From Anthoceros angustus (lineage: Eukaryota; Plantae; Anthocerotophyta), in the NCBI GenBank assembly GCA_010909165.1, contig VJWM01000025.1, forward strand, positions 248,001-312,000: DNA of 64,000 nt, given 5' to 3'. The translations under genes and the position numbers were made by a program. Below are positions 62,624 through 64,000 of the stretch, in pieces (the stretch's first letter is position 1; each line of letters begins with the position of its first letter). The notes under the pieces were generated by a model, which was not told the origin of the DNA, did no database searches, and worked only from the letters and a program-made list of their open reading frames with translations.

Positions 62624-64000
62624 ATGACACAAGCATACAGTGGAATGGGGCCCAGCCCAGTAGTTCCAGAACCCACAATTGCCTCCAAGTCCATTACCTC
62701 TGAATCCCACGCGACATGTGACAGGTTTTCACCTCGAGTTATGGCAAGCGAGACGGGCAGCGGAACCGGAGCTTACCTCACAGCTTCTCACCAATTCAGG
62801 TCGCTGGTGTAAGGAGCCAGCAGGGCCAGGCATTCGCACCACCTGCCTCCCATGGCGGCAGCAGCAGCGTCGGCAAGAAAAAGCGGCAGGAGCAGCTCTT
62901 GTCCAGAAAGTTGCGGGAGGCACAGGAGGAGCGATGCAGTAAATTGTGTGAGGAAGGACGGGTAGAAGAGGCTGTCCAAGTGTTGGACCGCCTGGTACAG
63001 GAAGGGGGTCGTGCTGGGAGCTCCCTGTTCTATCCTCTACTAAAGAGGTGCATTGCGGAGAAGGATGTGGGTCTTGGCAGCCGCGTTCATGCTCTTGCCG
63101 TCAGATGTGGGCATGGGTCGGACATATTCGTGGCCAATCACGTCATACGGATGTATGCTTCTCATGCTAGATTGGAGGAAGCGTCCGAGGTTTTCAGCAC
63201 CCTCATTGCACCTAACGCCTTTGTCTGGGCTTCCATCATCAAAGCGCATGCTGATCAAGGACAGGCTGATGAGGCCATCAACCTTTACCGTAGGATGCGA
63301 GAGACGAGTACTGCGAAGCCAAACAACCATGTGTTTGCAGCAGTGCTGAAAGCATGTGCCAGTGTTTCAGATTTGGCTTCTGGCAAGCAGGCGCACGCTG
63401 ACCTTTGCAGAGTGAGGACGAGCCTGATATGGTCGTTGGAAGTTGTCTGGTGGACATGTATGCCAAATGTGGGAACTTGGACGATGCCCGCAGGGTGTTT
63501 GAGGATCTGCCTGCAAGAGATGTGGTGACATGGACTGCCATGATCGCAGGATATGCTAACCATGGGCTCGGTCAAGAAGCCCTGGATGTGTTTGCAAGCA
63601 TGCAGCAGGAGGGCATCACGCCGGCCAATAATTTCACATACACCGGCCTTCTCAAGGCATGTGCCAGCACCGGGGCTTTGCACATAGGGTGGCAGCTTCA
63701 TTGTGTGATCCGAGAAAGGGGCTGGAAACCAATCTCGTGATTGGCAGTGCTCTGGTTGACATGTATGCAAAATGCGGGAGCTTACGGGATGCTCGAAAGA
63801 TATTCGACACATTGCCTGTGAAGAATGTTGTGACATGGAATGCCATGATTGCTGGGTATGTGCAGCACGGGTTTGGTCAGGAAGCACTTGATCTATACGC
63901 AACCATGGCCGTGCAGGAGAGCATCACTTCAGCAAATAGTTTTACGTATGCTGGTCTGCTCAAGGCATGTGCCACCATCGGTGCTCTGCATCAGGGAAAG
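62624..64000 (+). CDS. PPR gene C, unit 3, undeleted PLS array continuing past the window end
   Basis: Continues GYVQHGFGQEALDLYATMAVQESITSANSFTYAGLLKACATIGALHQGK past the point where units 1 and 2 are deleted. Confidence 0.8.

Larger units (their letters stand above)
56123..64000 (+). repeat. Tandem segmental duplication, unit 3 (runs off the window)
   Basis: Collinear; lacks two large deletions shared by units 1 and 2. Confidence 0.95.

Overview
Eukaryotic plant genomic DNA with short GT-AG introns. The DYW:KP/'GRP' PPR editing factors point to a hornwort, lycophyte or fern with U-to-C RNA editing, and the compact introns favour a hornwort (inference). The left ~35 kb is a nest of transposons: a 3'-truncated Ty1/copia element with LTR and PBS; a Ty3/gypsy pol with a C-terminal PHD finger, split by a ~10 kb insertion; inverted satellite arrays around an unexplained 5.7 kb core; and a spliced IS3/integrase-type DDE transposase ending in a TAT..ATA terminal inverted repeat, next to a 976-bp derivative with a 6-bp TSD (IS3EU-like). 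The right ~29 kb is a ~10 kb unit repeated three times in tandem. Each unit carries three PLS-class PPR genes or pseudogenes with DYW:KP-type deaminase domains; in one of them near-identical PLS triplets vary in number between copies. The two complete units also carry a four-exon gene that appears to fuse an MCAfunc/MLKL-like four-helix bundle to a PP2 lectin domain, which is the most novel candidate here. Many frameshifts sit in homopolymers and look like long-read consensus errors, so pseudogene calls are provisional. All domain calls are motif recognition by eye; no database search was run.
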